This document shows positions 56,013-56,808 of a DNA stretch of 56,808 nt, one piece after another. The translations under genes were made by a program, and so were the position numbers. The number at the start of each line of letters is the position of its first letter. Position 1 is the stretch's first letter. This DNA is from an uncultured Methanosarcinales archaeon. Its GTDB lineage: Archaea > Nanobdellota > Nanobdellia > Woesearchaeales > CAZOXR01. The notes below the pieces were generated by a model that did no database searches, was not told where the DNA came from, and was given only the letters and a program-made list of their open reading frames with translations. The DNA lies in contig CAZMIO010000007.1 in NCBI GenBank assembly GCA_964566535.1, positions 1 through 56,808 on the forward strand. Direction: 5' to 3'.

Positions 56013-56089
56013 ACTCTAGGATGGTTACAGAACTGATATTTAAAGTTTATTGTAAGATTTTGAAATAATGATTACATGTTGGTGATGAA

Positions 56090-56623
56090 ATGTTATGTTC
56101 GAAGTGTAAAAAGTTTAAAGTTAGGGTGGAGATAAGTCATTTGGGTAGTTTATGTGCTAATTGCTTTTGTAAGATTTTTGAGAAGAGGATTAGAAAATCT
56201 GTGAGAATAGATAGAGTTTTTTCTAAAAATGATAGGATATTGGTCAGTGATAAGTTGAGTGAGTACTTGGTTAAGGAAATTATTAAGGGTATGCCTGTTA
56301 AGATATTTTTTCGTAAGTTAGATGATGATTTTGTTAAGAGGGAGAAGATAAATAAGGTTGTTGTGGGATGGACTTTGGATGATGAGGTGAATCAGTTCTT
56401 GGAGAAGTTGTTGTTTAATCGTAAAAGTAAAGAGGTTAAGTATGTTAAATTGTTGAAATCGGTTACGGATGAAGAAGTTGAAGCGTTTGTTAAGATTAAG
56501 AAGATTAAGTTTAGTTTGAATGAGAAAAATGAGGATATTTCTGAGTTTATTTCTGTTTTGAATGAGAAATATGACGATATTAAGTTTGGTCTTGGTAAGA
56601 GTATAAAGAAATTGAAGAGTTAG
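56090..56623 (+). CDS. Degenerate TtuA/Ncs6-like protein (N-terminal CxxC...CxxC zinc finger, PP-loop lost)
   Basis: MLCSKC...LCANCF...EKRIRK...NDRILV and WTLDDE match the Ncs6/TtuA layout, but SGGKDS is absent. Confidence 0.65.
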   Translation: MLCSKCKKFKVRVEISHLGSLCANCFCKIFEKRIRKSVRIDRVFSKNDRILVSDKLSEYLVKEIIKGMPVKIFFRKLDDDFVKREKINKVVVGWTLDDEVNQFLEKLLFNRKSKEVKYVKLLKSVTDEEVEAFVKIKKIKFSLNEKNEDISEFISVLNEKYDDIKFGLGKSIKKLKS

Positions 56624-56750
56624 GAAAACTATAAGGATTCTGTCAATAATAAATCGATAATTAGAAAAATAAAAAGAGAAAATTTAGCCAATAAAAAACA
56701 ATCATTAGAAATAAAATAATAACTAAAAAATAAAGAAAAAAAAGAAATAA

Positions 56751-56808
56751 CTAGCTTATTTCGTAGACAACGCTTATTGCGCTTTGCACCTGAACATTCT
56801 GAGGAGAT
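56751..56808 (-). CDS. 3' end of a gene entering from the right edge (SIMPL/DUF541-like C-terminus)
   Basis: ...SPQNVQVQSAISVVYEIS* ending at TAG 56751-56753. Confidence 0.5.
   Translation of the reverse strand, partial: SPQNVQVQSAISVVYEIS

Overview
Metagenome-type scaffold fragment (two 100-N gaps) from an AT-rich archaeon, most consistent with a DPANN/Woesearchaeota-like lineage. Evidence is TATA-box promoters about 23-27 nt before mostly leaderless genes, GGTGA/GGAGG SD motifs, RFC-L, CarS, single-OB SSB and tRNAs without encoded CCA; the lineage call itself is inference. Contents from left to right: a large Cys-rich secreted protein running off the left edge; NUDIX and rpiB; a mixed archaeal/bacterial lipid cluster (carS, PHP, plsC-like, pgsA-like, GT2); a radical SAM-TRAM protein; a type IV pilus/Tad-like locus; tRNA-Phe; SSB, glyS, rfcL and an FKBP PPIase; a histidine kinase/receiver pair; valS, cysS and tRNA-Cys; thiM-thiE-thiC-orf-thiL; a truncated thiI; arsR-iscS-iscU; a MutS-like ATPase; a His-rich DsbA; nurA; nadA-nadC-nadB; topA; and a Lon-like S16 protease. 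The most striking signals lie below the ORF-track cutoff. (1) A leaderless poly-Cys micro-ORF, MKQTFKSCCC, directly upstream of tRNA-Cys/cysS, a candidate cysteine-sensing attenuator. (2) A second micro-gene, MGDGCC, with its own TATA box, perfect SD and U-tract. (3) An unassigned ~110-nt, 63% GC structured RNA upstream of valS. (4) A two-hairpin antisense sRNA candidate overlapping the end of the Lon-like gene. No CRISPR array, rRNA or transposase was recognised.
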